Positions 27,891 to 37,652 of a stretch of DNA of 64,000 nucleotides are shown here, in pieces. The stretch's first letter is position 1. Each line of letters starts with the position of its first letter. Origin of the DNA: Candidatus Anstonellales archaeon (GTDB lineage Archaea > Micrarchaeota > Micrarchaeia > Anstonellales > J096); contig JAWAFD010000004.1 in NCBI GenBank assembly GCA_038890745.1, positions 65,633-129,632 on the forward strand, read 5' to 3'. Below the pieces are notes generated by a model. It did no database searches and was not told the origin of the DNA. It saw only the letters and a program-made list of their open reading frames with translations. The position numbers and the translations under genes are program-made.

Positions 27891-29780
27891 CTACCTTAAC
27901 CTTATTGCTTCTAAATTCATGGGTGCTCTTGTTTCAACCATCATGTTTCTTGCTATATCCCTTGCGAATTCCTCTGTTTTTCCCCAATCCCCATGCATTG
28001 TGAATACCCTGTTTGGCTTCGGTTTTACATTCCTTATCCATGCAACAAGCTGTCTCCTATCACTGTGACCGGAAAATCCTTCTACAGTTGTTACCTCCAT
28101 GTTTATTTTTAGCGTCTTTGCCCTTCCATTCTCGCCAACAATCGGTATTTCTTTTATTCCGTGCTGAATCTTGTTTCCTAAAGAAAGAGCGCTCTGGTAT
28201 CCTACAAAAATAAGCGTGTTTCTCTCATCCTCAGCCATTAGTTTTAGGTATTCTACGGATGGCCCTCCTGAAAGCATTCCAGAAGGAGCGAGGATAACTG
28301 CCGGATCACCGTTTACTATCTCCTCCCTGTTCTCAGCAACTTTAATAAGCGGGCATTCAAATGGGCTATCGTTTGAGAGTATTCTCTTGTGCAAGCTGTT
28401 TTTAAGATACTCTGGGTAAGCTGTGTGGATTGCAGATGCCTCCATAACCATGCCATCGATATAAATCGGGACATTCCAATCCGGATTGTTCCTCGCATAA
28501 TTCTCAAGCACAAGAAGAATCTCCTGGCTCCTTCCAACTGCGAATACAGGAATCAAAACCTTCCCCCTTCTTTGTACTGTGTTATTTATTACCTCAATAA
28601 GCTTCGCTTCTCTTTCCTCTCTTGCCACTCCAATATCATTCCTTCCTCCGTATGTAGATTCTATGAAAAGCGTTTCAACCCTGGGGAATGTTGTGTGAGC
28701 TGGATTGAACAAATTCGTAAAACCAAACTTTATATCCCCACTGTAGATGAGGTTGTGCTTTCCTTCCCCTATATGCAGGTGTGCTATTGCAGAACCGATT
28801 ATATGGCCGGCGTTGTAGAATGTAAGCTTCGCACCCGGCGTGATGTCCACAACTTCATCATAATTTATGGTTATGATATTTTTGAGCTCTTTCTGTATAT
28901 CCTCCTTTGTGTACGGAGCATCCGCGCCCCAGAATTTTTTCACTATGTTCAAGTAATCCCTCTGTAAAAGGGCCATGAGGTCCTTTGTTGGGGGTGTTGC
29001 GTAAACCGGCCCATCATACCCATACGCAAAAAGATACGGAAGAAAACCCATGTGGTCAAGATGGCCATGCGTAATTATTACAGCATCTATCTCATCTATG
29101 GAAAACCCAAGCATGTTTAGATAAGGGAATGCGTACCTAGGGTCCAATGTTTCCGGGTTTATTCCTACATCTATGAGTATCTTGCTCTTGTTTGTCTGTA
29201 AAAGAAGGCAACTCCTCCCAACCTCCCTAAATCCACCGAGCATTACTGTTCTTACCCATTCTATCTCGGGGGATGGCTGATTTATCTTTTTTCCAAGTTT
29301 AAGGAGGAATTTTTTTCTATCGCTTGCATACGCAACCTCACTTTTCCTCACTCCTTCTATTGTTGAGGATGCCATCGTTGGGGTTCTCAAAACTATCGGT
29401 GCCCACCCGGTTCTTATCAATATCTCCTTTAGCCCAACCCCACCCTTTCCTATTATCAAACCGGGTTTTTCGGATTCTATTATAACTTCTGAAAAATCAG
29501 CATTAAACCATATATTCGTGATCTTTGCTTCTTCTGTGAGTATGGATTCTATCTCTTTCTTTGCTTTTTCAGGGTCCATCAACTGCGATTTGTCAACCCT
29601 TACATATATCTTCTTCTTTATCGTGCTCGCAATCTTTTTGACCAAGTCCTCATATTCATAAAATTTCTTTATATCCTTTACATATATAGCTATCACTAGA
29701 CCTAGCGGTTCTATGGAAGTCAGACCGCACTCTGGCGGCACTATTTCTTTTATGGCTTTTTCTATCTCTGCAAACTGCAT
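27891..29780 (-). CDS. beta-CASP ribonuclease aCPSF1 (FttA)
   Basis: N-terminal KH region, GGFREVGRS, HGHLDH, AGHIIGS, ESTYG, GFSGHSD; follows psmB. Confidence 0.95.
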   Translation of the reverse strand: MQFAEIEKAIKEIVPPECGLTSIEPLGLVIAIYVKDIKKFYEYEDLVKKIASTIKKKIYVRVDKSQLMDPEKAKKEIESILTEEAKITNIWFNADFSEVIIESEKPGLIIGKGGVGLKEILIRTGWAPIVLRTPTMASSTIEGVRKSEVAYASDRKKFLLKLGKKINQPSPEIEWVRTVMLGGFREVGRSCLLLQTNKSKILIDVGINPETLDPRYAFPYLNMLGFSIDEIDAVIITHGHLDHMGFLPYLFAYGYDGPVYATPPTKDLMALLQRDYLNIVKKFWGADAPYTKEDIQKELKNIITINYDEVVDITPGAKLTFYNAGHIIGSAIAHLHIGEGKHNLIYSGDIKFGFTNLFNPAHTTFPRVETLFIESTYGGRNDIGVAREEREAKLIEVINNTVQRRGKVLIPVFAVGRSQEILLVLENYARNNPDWNVPIYIDGMVMEASAIHTAYPEYLKNSLHKRILSNDSPFECPLIKVAENREEIVNGDPAVILAPSGMLSGGPSVEYLKLMAEDERNTLIFVGYQSALSLGNKIQHGIKEIPIVGENGRAKTLKINMEVTTVEGFSGHSDRRQLVAWIRNVKPKPNRVFTMHGDWGKTEEFARDIARNMMVETRAPMNLEAIRLR

Positions 29781-30424
29781 TACTCCACCATTTTTGCTAC
29801 TTGTTTTTTGTCAAATCTTTTGAAGCCTTTTTTTGTTATGACAGCAACATCGATATCCTCGCCGCTTGCAGCATCCCTCCTTATCGCGGCCCAAACGCTT
29901 TTAGCAGCTAGCCTCGCGCCTTCCTCAACGCTCTGATCCTCTTTATACTGTGTTTCGAGAACACCAAACGCTATCGGGCTTCCCGAACCGGTTGATGTCA
30001 TCTTCTCTTCAGTCACGCCCCCAAGAAGGTCCACGCTGAAAAGCCTTGGCCTTTCATCCACACCCCCTATAAGAATCTGCACCCAGAATGGGAAGAATTT
30101 GTAAGCAGAAAGGATGTTTGCCAGAAGGGTTGCGGCAGCCTCCACGCTTATTGGCTTTCCATGTTCTAACCTGTAGTTTTTTACCTCAGTCTGCATCCAT
30201 CTAACCAGCTTCTGTGCATCTCCTACCGAGCCTGCTATCGTAATCCCAATATGTTCATCTATTTGATAGATTTTGTCGATGTCCTTGCTTGCTATGAAAT
30301 ATCCCATGGTTGCTCTCCTATCAGAAGCAAAAACAATCCCATCCTTCACAACAATACCTACTGTGGTCGTTCCGGTCTTTTTTTCCATCTCCTTTACATC
30401 TACATTCTGCATACAAATCACCAA
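29780..30424 (-). CDS. psmB: Proteasome beta subunit
   Basis: Propeptide then G-TTTVG, DRRAT, GSGS, RRDAASG. Confidence 0.95.
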   Translation of the reverse strand: MVICMQNVDVKEMEKKTGTTTVGIVVKDGIVFASDRRATMGYFIASKDIDKIYQIDEHIGITIAGSVGDAQKLVRWMQTEVKNYRLEHGKPISVEAAATLLANILSAYKFFPFWVQILIGGVDERPRLFSVDLLGGVTEEKMTSTGSGSPIAFGVLETQYKEDQSVEEGARLAAKSVWAAIRRDAASGEDIDVAVITKKGFKRFDKKQVAKMVE

Positions 30425-30463
30425 AAATAAGTATAGGGGTTGTTTATTTCATGCTAACAAAGA

Positions 30464-30967
30464 TTAAAAAGGCTTTGCCTTTTCCCAATCCTCTCCAAAC
30501 ACTCTCTCAAACTCCCAAAACCTCAGCAGGTTCAGGATGACTGATGCCTCCCGGTTGTAGTACAACGCAGAGTTTGAGAGGTTGTGCGAGCCGACCAAAA
30601 CCCTTATCCCATCCACAACTATAAATTTCGCATGCGTCCTCTGGTAGTAGTTCGCCAGCCGGACTTCAACCCCATTATTTTTTAAGTACTTAAGTATTGC
30701 TTTGGTTTCGCCATCAACCGTAGATTCGTCCACAATGATTCTTACATTTACCCCTCTTTTCTCTGCATTCACAAGCGCATGCGCAACATCCCAAGAAGAG
30801 AACGCATAAACTTCAGCATCCACGGAAAACACCGCAGAATTTATGAAACCTACTATCTCCTCCCCGTTTTCAGGGGAAAAAATATGCGAGACGAGAAAAA
30901 CATTAGCAAAAATAAAGCAGAGGAGAAAACCAAATCCGAATGCAACAAAAAGCTCTTTTTTAAACAT
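30464..30967 (-). CDS. Membrane-anchored phospholipase D-superfamily protein (single HKD, nuclease-like)
   Basis: HAKFIVVD..GSHN..NRE; N-terminal hydrophobic segment. Confidence 0.85.
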   Translation of the reverse strand: MFKKELFVAFGFGFLLCFIFANVFLVSHIFSPENGEEIVGFINSAVFSVDAEVYAFSSWDVAHALVNAEKRGVNVRIIVDESTVDGETKAILKYLKNNGVEVRLANYYQRTHAKFIVVDGIRVLVGSHNLSNSALYYNREASVILNLLRFWEFERVFGEDWEKAKPF

Positions 30968-30972
30968 GTATA

Positions 30973-31104
30973 TCAGACGCTGTTAGCCTCCCGAACCGCA
31001 GGGAAACCACCAGCGGGTTTCCCCTCAGTTTGAGGCTCCTCCTGATCCCCTTCCTGCAACCATTTAGCTACGATCATCTTCTCTTTTCAGACGCTGTTAG
31101 CCTC
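30973..31104. repeat. 18-bp direct repeat TCAGACGCTGTTAGCCTC (30973-30990 and 31087-31104) enclosing a hairpin
   Basis: Exact match read directly; intervening AGCCTC..GGGAAACC..GGTTTCCC..GAGGCT stem. Confidence 0.85.
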
Positions 31105-31139
31105 ATCATTGTTCAGAGGTTGTTCATGTCATCATTGAG
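31084..31139 (-). ncRNA. Box C/D methylation guide sRNA
   Basis: Minus strand ATGATGA-CATGAACAACCT-CTGA-ACA-ATGATGA-GGCTAACAGCGT-CTGA: perfect C, D', C', D boxes with two 12-nt guides; TTATAAA about 25 nt upstream. Confidence 0.9.
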
Positions 31140-31159
31140 TGTATTTAGGAAACCGAAGT

Positions 31160-32752
31160 TTATAATTCTTTCTTTTTTCGTGAATGTAAAATTTCAGCAA
31201 CCGCAGTTATCTTTTCGGAGCATGCCTCAACATTTGCCAATATCTCCGTAAATATCGCACCCATGTGCAAACCCTCAAACTCCTTCGCAATCTCCCTAAC
31301 ATTCTCCCTGTAGTATTTGCTTATGTATTTTTCAATCTCGTCTGCATTTTTTCTTATTTTCTTCATTCCTTTTTCACTGAATTTTCTTTTTTCATTCAGT
31401 AGCCCAACCATTCCATCCATCCTATCGAGAAGGATGTTTAGATAGTATTTTGAAGTTGGGCTCAGGGAAAGACCGGTTTCCTTCATGTACTCCGCAATCT
31501 CAATAAAGTTCATTACTGTATCGGCAAGTTGCTCATAAGAATTTGAAAGACGGATTTGGTAGGATAGCTCTTCTGCTTCGTACCTACTCAGTTTTCTTTT
31601 TGATACATTAAACAAATATTGCGATATTTTTTTATTCAAAAAATCGCTGTATTCCTCAAGCTTCTTTGCGTGCTTTATCTCATTCTTTTCTTCAACCAGA
31701 ATCAGCCTTACTGAAGAAAAAAGCTCGGTAGTTGTTTTTGCAAGATTCTGGATCTCTTTCTCTGATAGAGAAATGGCAGTTGCACTATCCTTTGGTGGTT
31801 CTTCAGTGATGTACTTTGTTTCAAACACAAGCTCCTCTTTTTTTGCCGGCTGGATTCTTTCCACAATCCCTACAAACCAATTGAAAAACACTAAGAACAC
31901 AAAAGCAGCAATGAGATTGAAAAGCGTATGCGCGTTTGCAACGACATGCCCCGGACTCATCCCAAAACCCTGGACAATAGCAACAAACTGATTGAAAACA
32001 AAAAGCACCACCACTACCCCAATAACATTGTAGAGTATATGGGAGTATGCAGCTCTTTTTCCGTACTCATCTACTTGGGTTGAAATTATAGCGGCTGTGA
32101 ATGTCGTACCTATGTTTGCCCCAAGAACCGCTGCTACCGCAACAGGGATTCCAATCACCCCTGATTCTGCAAGAATGACGGCCAAACCAGTTGTTACGGA
32201 GCTGGATTGCATTATGATTGTCATCACAATACCAGCCAGCAGCCCGCTTAGAATGTTATCCGTCCATCCCTGCCGAAAAACCGTATCATTTTTTAGCGGC
32301 TCTGTTGCGGTTGCTATTAATGTCAGTGCAAAAAGGATGAACCCAAGATAAAATATGCTCTTTCCTATTATCCGATATTTTTTTATCAACGCAATTGCAA
32401 AACCCAGTATTATAAGCAGGGGCCCTAATTCCTCCATGTTTAATGCAACGAGCTGAGCGGTTATTGTTGTACCAACGTTTGCACCTATAATAAGAGGAAC
32501 TGCCTGCCGAAAGGTCAGGAGGGAGGAATCAACAAAGCTTATTACAATTGAGGTGAACGCAGTGCTTGATTGGATTGTGGCTGTTGCGATTGCACCAACA
32601 AAAGCACCCACCCATCTGTTCTTTGCAGCTTTTTCAACAACTCGTTTTATTCTCTCCCTTGCTACCATCTGCACTTCTGCGCTTAGATGCTCCAGTCCGT
32701 AGAGAAATAGTATAATACCTACGATGATCCCGACAAATATCTCGATTTCCAC
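31160..32752 (-). CDS. Na+/phosphate cotransporter family protein with PhoU-like C-terminus
   Basis: Repeated QSS..GANVGTT / QSSS..GANIGTT motifs, AHTLFN. Confidence 0.9.
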   Translation of the reverse strand: MEIEIFVGIIVGIILFLYGLEHLSAEVQMVARERIKRVVEKAAKNRWVGAFVGAIATATIQSSTAFTSIVISFVDSSLLTFRQAVPLIIGANVGTTITAQLVALNMEELGPLLIILGFAIALIKKYRIIGKSIFYLGFILFALTLIATATEPLKNDTVFRQGWTDNILSGLLAGIVMTIIMQSSSVTTGLAVILAESGVIGIPVAVAAVLGANIGTTFTAAIISTQVDEYGKRAAYSHILYNVIGVVVVLFVFNQFVAIVQGFGMSPGHVVANAHTLFNLIAAFVFLVFFNWFVGIVERIQPAKKEELVFETKYITEEPPKDSATAISLSEKEIQNLAKTTTELFSSVRLILVEEKNEIKHAKKLEEYSDFLNKKISQYLFNVSKRKLSRYEAEELSYQIRLSNSYEQLADTVMNFIEIAEYMKETGLSLSPTSKYYLNILLDRMDGMVGLLNEKRKFSEKGMKKIRKNADEIEKYISKYYRENVREIAKEFEGLHMGAIFTEILANVEACSEKITAVAEILHSRKKKEL

Positions 32753-32784
32753 ATTAGTTTTTTTCCAGCAAGATTTTTAATGTT

Positions 32785-35139
32785 TTAGAATTCCAGCTCA
32801 ACCTCAACCCCCTTCCCCTCTTTGATTTCTATTTCTTTTATTTTCGCAACCCCTTTCAAATCCTCGATCATTTCTCCAAGTTCTATTGGACAAATGATGA
32901 CTGCTCTTTTTATCTCCGCATTCATAGGAAGTTGGTTTGCTGCTTTATGCTGCCTTATTTTTGCCACGATCTGGTTCAACACATTTGCTTTTTCTATTGC
33001 TCTCTCATTAAAAATCCCGCTTGTTTCGGGCCATTTTGTAAGGTGTATGCTTTTTCCTTCCCTTGCCTTAAAGACCTCATTATATATTTCCTCGCTTGCA
33101 TGGCAGGTAAAAGGAGCAAGCAGTTTTATAGTGCTGTAAAGTACATAGTCTAATGTATACTGAGCAGCCCTTTTGCTTTCCTCATCCTTTCCATATATCC
33201 TGTGCTTAACATACTCTAGATAGAAATCGCAGAATTCATACCAGAAAAACATCTGTATGGTTTTTATTGCGGTGTGGAATTCAAAATTTTCCATTGCCTC
33301 GCTTACCTCCATGATAACCTCATTCATCCTGCTTACTATCCACATGTCTACCTCTCGCAGCGGTCTTTTCGAACCATCATAATCCGACAGTGCGCTTTCA
33401 ACCAACCTTGATGCGTTCCACAGTTTATTAAGGAACAATCTTGCATACTTTATATCTTCATAACTGAATGGTCTATCCTTTGCCATTGCACCGCTCATTG
33501 CAGCCCATTGCCTTATCGCATCCGCCGGGTACTCCTTCATCAGGTCTGTTGGCTCTATAACATTCCCTAAACTTTTGCTCATCTTTTTTCCATCTGGCGC
33601 TAAAACATTTCCGTTTAGAAGAATCGTTTCCCACGGCTTTTTTCCTGTTAAAGCAACCCCACTCCTGTATATAGTATAGAATGCCCATGTTCTTATTATC
33701 TCAACCCCTTGAGGTCTTAAGGAGGAGGGATAAAGTTTTTCCCATCCCTGATTTGGCCAGTTTGCTATTACGAGCGGGGTGATGCTTGAATCCACCCAGC
33801 AATCCAGTGTTGATTTCTCTGGCTCCATAACTTCTCCGCATTTTTTGCATTTCTTTTCCTTTGCTTTCTCCGGAGAAAAAGGTAGCTCGTTTTCATCTAC
33901 CGGTTCAATCCAGTTGCATTTTTTACATACATAAAAAGGTATGGGTGTCCCAAAGACCCTTTGCCTACTTATAACCCAATCCCATTCCAAACTATTTGCC
34001 CAATCAAATAAGTATGTTATTCCAAACTCTGGAACCCATTTTATCTCCTTTGCCATCTCCTTTATTTTTTCTTTATTCTCCCTAACGTTTGCAAACCACT
34101 GCCACGAAAGGATAAACTCAACATCCCCTTTGCACCTATCATGTATTTTTACGACCTGTTTTAGCGGCTCCTGTTTTACTAGCTTTCCCTCTTTTCTTAG
34201 CTTTTCCACTATCCTCTCCCTTGCCTCCTTTACTCTTAATCCATCAAACTCGCCAGCATTTATGAGCCTTCCGACTTCATCCATCGCCCTTATTACCGGT
34301 AGGCCGTGCCTTGACTGCCATAGAACATCTGTTTTGTCTCCGTATGTGCATACCATAACCAAACCTGTTCCAAACTCCTTATCCACATCACCATCAGGGA
34401 TGGCTTTCACGCTTGCCCCAAGAGGGGTAATAATTGTTTTTCCTTCCAATCCTTTGTATCTCTCATCAGAAGGATGGAACATTACAGCAACGCATGCATG
34501 GAGGAGCTCTGGCCTTGTCGTTGCGATCTCTAATTTTTTTCCATCCTCTGTCTCAAAAATAATGTAATTTAGTTTTGTTTCCCTTTCATGCTCCTCTGTT
34601 TCTGCCTTTGCTATTGCGGAATGGCAGGTTGGGCACCATAGAACAGGATGTTCTGCTCTGTATATCATTCCCTTTTCATACATTTTTAGAAGGGAATACT
34701 GAACTTTTTTATGATACTCTGGGTCCATCGTTCTGTACTCATACCTCCAATCAGGACTAAACCCAAGCTTTATCATCTGTTCCTTCATTTTTGCTATAAA
34801 CTCCGCAGTCCATTCAATACATCTCTGCCTAAAGATTTCTGCTGGAAGCCTTCCATATTTTTTCTCAACCTTTACTTCGGTTGGGAATCCTTGTGTATCC
34901 CACCCTTGCGGGTAGTAAACATTATATCCTTTCATCCTCTTATATCTCGCTACGAAATCAAAATATGCATAGCTTAAAACATGGCCCATGTGGAGCTTTC
35001 CGCTTGTGAAGGGTGGTGGGGTATCTATGGAGTAGATTGGTCTTTTTGTATCCTTCTCATCAAATCTGTATATCCCGTTCTCCTCCCACCATCTCTGCCA
35101 TTTCTCCTCTATGGATGTATCATAGTGTTTTCCCAGCAT
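32785..35139 (-). CDS. valS: Valine--tRNA ligase
   Basis: DTPPP, HMGH, ATTRPEL, WVISRQR, KMSKS. Confidence 0.95.
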   Translation of the reverse strand: MLGKHYDTSIEEKWQRWWEENGIYRFDEKDTKRPIYSIDTPPPFTSGKLHMGHVLSYAYFDFVARYKRMKGYNVYYPQGWDTQGFPTEVKVEKKYGRLPAEIFRQRCIEWTAEFIAKMKEQMIKLGFSPDWRYEYRTMDPEYHKKVQYSLLKMYEKGMIYRAEHPVLWCPTCHSAIAKAETEEHERETKLNYIIFETEDGKKLEIATTRPELLHACVAVMFHPSDERYKGLEGKTIITPLGASVKAIPDGDVDKEFGTGLVMVCTYGDKTDVLWQSRHGLPVIRAMDEVGRLINAGEFDGLRVKEARERIVEKLRKEGKLVKQEPLKQVVKIHDRCKGDVEFILSWQWFANVRENKEKIKEMAKEIKWVPEFGITYLFDWANSLEWDWVISRQRVFGTPIPFYVCKKCNWIEPVDENELPFSPEKAKEKKCKKCGEVMEPEKSTLDCWVDSSITPLVIANWPNQGWEKLYPSSLRPQGVEIIRTWAFYTIYRSGVALTGKKPWETILLNGNVLAPDGKKMSKSLGNVIEPTDLMKEYPADAIRQWAAMSGAMAKDRPFSYEDIKYARLFLNKLWNASRLVESALSDYDGSKRPLREVDMWIVSRMNEVIMEVSEAMENFEFHTAIKTIQMFFWYEFCDFYLEYVKHRIYGKDEESKRAAQYTLDYVLYSTIKLLAPFTCHASEEIYNEVFKAREGKSIHLTKWPETSGIFNERAIEKANVLNQIVAKIRQHKAANQLPMNAEIKRAVIICPIELGEMIEDLKGVAKIKEIEIKEGKGVEVELEF

Positions 35140-35219
35140 GTTAATCTGCGGTTTTTTGAATGGAGATAGTTTTTAAATTTTTACTATATTAATGCCATTA
35201 ATATATTAAAGGTGTTAAT

Positions 35220-36332
35220 ATGATACGCACTGCTGTTGTTGGGGTTGGGAATTGCTTTGCCGGATTAGTTCAGGGAATAGAGTTTTACAAAAAGCATCCT
35301 GAGAAAAAGGCAATAGGCATAATGCATGAAAAAATTGCCGGCTATTCCATATATGATTTGGAGTTTGTTGCAGCTTTTGATGTTGGGAGGAATAAAGTTG
35401 GAAAACCTTTGCATGAAGCTGTTTATGCAAGCCCAAACATGGTAAATTGGATTCCAAAAAAAGAGTTTCCAAAGAGCGATGTTGTGGTAAAGGAGAGCCC
35501 TGCTCTTGATGGGGTTGGGATATGGGTGCAGAACCGTGTTCAGCCCCTAAAATCAAAAAAATCCGTTCAGCAACTAAGAAAGGAAATAGTAAAGGAGCTA
35601 GAGGATAGTGGTGCAGAAGTAATAGTAAACTATCTTCCCGTTGGCTCCCAGAAAGCAACTGAGTTTTGGGCGGGGATTGCACTTGAGAGCGGATGTGCGC
35701 TCGTAAACACCTTGCCTGTTTTTATTGCGAGCGAGAGAAAATGGGCGTCAAAATTCAAAAAGGCAGGCATCCCAATTATCGGTGACGATGTGAAGAGTCA
35801 GGTTGGTGCCACCATTGTTCACAGAACGCTTGCAAAGCTATGCGATGATAGGGGAACGGTTATAGATAAAACATACCAGATTAATGTTGGGGGGAACACG
35901 GATTTTCTTAACATGAAAGAACAAGAAAGATTGCAGAGTAAAAAAATCTCAAAAACAGAAGCAGTTCAGTCCCAGCTCCGCCACCGCTTGCCTGATGAGA
36001 ACATTTACGTAGGCCCTTCTGATTTCATTCCATTTTTGGGGAACACAAAAATTATGTTCATGCGCATAGAGGGAAGGATGTGGGCAGACATTCCGTATAA
36101 TATGGAGGTCCGGCTCGAGGTGGATGATAAGGCAAATTCTGCTGGTGTAGTTATAGATGCAATAAGGCTTGCAAAGTTAGCGATGGACAGAAAAATTGGA
36201 GGGGCGATCCTTCCTGCTTCAGCTTATCTCATGAAGCATCCTCCGGTTCAGCTTCCTGACCCTGAAGCAAAAAAACTACTGGAAGGATTTATCGCAGGGA
36301 AGGTTTATGATAAAATCAGCTGGCCTTTCTGA
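35220..36332 (+). CDS. ino1: myo-inositol-1-phosphate synthase
   Basis: GVGNC, YLPVGS, GDDVKSQVGAT, GGNTDFLNM, SKKISKT. Confidence 0.95.
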   Translation: MIRTAVVGVGNCFAGLVQGIEFYKKHPEKKAIGIMHEKIAGYSIYDLEFVAAFDVGRNKVGKPLHEAVYASPNMVNWIPKKEFPKSDVVVKESPALDGVGIWVQNRVQPLKSKKSVQQLRKEIVKELEDSGAEVIVNYLPVGSQKATEFWAGIALESGCALVNTLPVFIASERKWASKFKKAGIPIIGDDVKSQVGATIVHRTLAKLCDDRGTVIDKTYQINVGGNTDFLNMKEQERLQSKKISKTEAVQSQLRHRLPDENIYVGPSDFIPFLGNTKIMFMRIEGRMWADIPYNMEVRLEVDDKANSAGVVIDAIRLAKLAMDRKIGGAILPASAYLMKHPPVQLPDPEAKKLLEGFIAGKVYDKISWPF

Positions 36333-36371
36333 AACCGAAAACTTTTAAATTATTTTAAGGGACATAGCTTT

Positions 36372-36668
36372 ATGGGTAGTGGCCTGACGAGAATTAGGAA
36401 AAAAATAAGTTCTGCTTTCTCTTACATTAGTTCAAGATATAAAGTGTCTGCCATGTATGTTTTTGGTTCTTTTTCTAAAGGAGTCGAAAATAAAAAAAGC
36501 GATATAGATATACTGGTTGAGTTCTCTCAACCTGTTTCGCTCTTTACTTTCCTTTCTCTGAAAAATTTCTTAGAAGAGCTTCTTGGCAGAAAAGTGGATC
36601 TTGTCACCAGGAAAGCTATTCGCAATGATATGCGGGATAAGATATTGGCTGAGGCTGTTAAAATATGA
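36372..36668 (+). CDS. MntA-type minimal nucleotidyltransferase antitoxin
   Basis: FGSFSKG..SDIDILV, LGRKVDLVT. Confidence 0.9.
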   Translation: MGSGLTRIRKKISSAFSYISSRYKVSAMYVFGSFSKGVENKKSDIDILVEFSQPVSLFTFLSLKNFLEELLGRKVDLVTRKAIRNDMRDKILAEAVKI

Positions 36669-37015
36669 GAAGAGTGGAAAATCTACTCATGGACATTCTT
36701 AAAGCGATTGATAACATCGAAAATTATACGCGTGGTATTGATTACCGTTCTTTTGAGTCAAATCAAGAGAAGATAGACGCTGTTTTGAGGAACTTTGAGA
36801 TAATTGGAGAGGCGGTCAAAAACCTCCCAAACGAAATAAAAAGAAAGCAAAAAGAAATAGAATGGAAAAGTATATCTGGAATGAGGGATATTATTGTGCA
36901 TGAATACTTTGGGGTTGACCTTGAGATAGTTTGGAAGGCGATTAAGGAGGATCTGCCTGGGTTCAAAAAGAAAATAAAGAGGATACTGGACGAAGTTCAA
37001 CGCGATGGTAAGTGA
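36665..37015 (+). CDS. HepT-type (DUF86) HEPN RNase toxin
   Basis: DAVLRNFEIIGEA and RDIIVHEY (RX4HXY). Confidence 0.9.
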   Translation: MRRVENLLMDILKAIDNIENYTRGIDYRSFESNQEKIDAVLRNFEIIGEAVKNLPNEIKRKQKEIEWKSISGMRDIIVHEYFGVDLEIVWKAIKEDLPGFKKKIKRILDEVQRDGK

Positions 37016-37020
37016 TCGGG

Positions 37021-37611
37021 ATGATAAAATCAGCTGGCCTTTCTGAGAATTTTTCTTCAACTCTCGGAAGGTTTTTTGCTTTTCTTCCTTTCCATCCAAA
37101 TACCCTAACTATTTTTTCAGTTATCGCTGCGTTCTGCGGTTTTGTTTTTTCATACTTTGGTTTTTTGCTTTATGGGTTTTTCTCTTTTCTTTTTGCGTTC
37201 TTGTTGGATGTTTTGGATGGTGCAGTTGCTCGAGCAAAAAAACTAGCCACAAAGAAGGGTGCTTTTTTGGATGGTGTTGCGGATAGGGTTGTTGAGTTCT
37301 TTCTCATCCTCTCTCTCATTTTTGTTCTTCCAGAATCCTTTTTACCCGCTGTTTTTGTCCTCTTCTTCGGCTCCTGCATGACCTCCTTTGTCAAGGCCTA
37401 CGCCCATCATAAAGAGGTTTTGAAAAAAGAGGAAGCAGAAAAATTAGGAGGAATTCTGGAGAGAGGGGAGAGGGGGGCTTTGCTTTTGCTTGTATTTTTG
37501 CTGGTTGTTTTCAATTATAATTTCTATGCGGTTTTGTTGCTTATTTTAATTGCAGCACTCTCTTTTGTGACTTTTGTTTATAGAGTTTGTGCTGTTGTGA
37601 AAAAACGTTAA
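37021..37611 (+). CDS. CDP-alcohol phosphatidyltransferase (probable archaetidylinositol phosphate synthase)
   Basis: HPNTLT, DVLDGAVAR..GAFLDGVADR, ERGER; linked to ino1. Confidence 0.88.
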   Translation: MIKSAGLSENFSSTLGRFFAFLPFHPNTLTIFSVIAAFCGFVFSYFGFLLYGFFSFLFAFLLDVLDGAVARAKKLATKKGAFLDGVADRVVEFFLILSLIFVLPESFLPAVFVLFFGSCMTSFVKAYAHHKEVLKKEEAEKLGGILERGERGALLLLVFLLVVFNYNFYAVLLLILIAALSFVTFVYRVCAVVKKR

Positions 37612-37652
37612 ATATTTAAATGCTTGGTGAGTAATAAAAGTGAGGTGGAAAA

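Larger units (their letters stand above)
36307..37046. repeat. 26-bp direct repeat ATGATAAAATCAGCTGGCCTTTCTGA (36307-36332 and 37021-37046) flanking the MNT-HepT pair
   Basis: Exact match; the first copy ends ino1 and the second starts the phosphatidyltransferase. Confidence 0.9.

Noticed and set aside
30975..31040. Hairpin followed by ACA as a possible H/ACA guide RNA
   Set aside because: No convincing K-turn or K-loop and no recognisable rRNA target for the putative pocket; kept only as an unexplained hairpin
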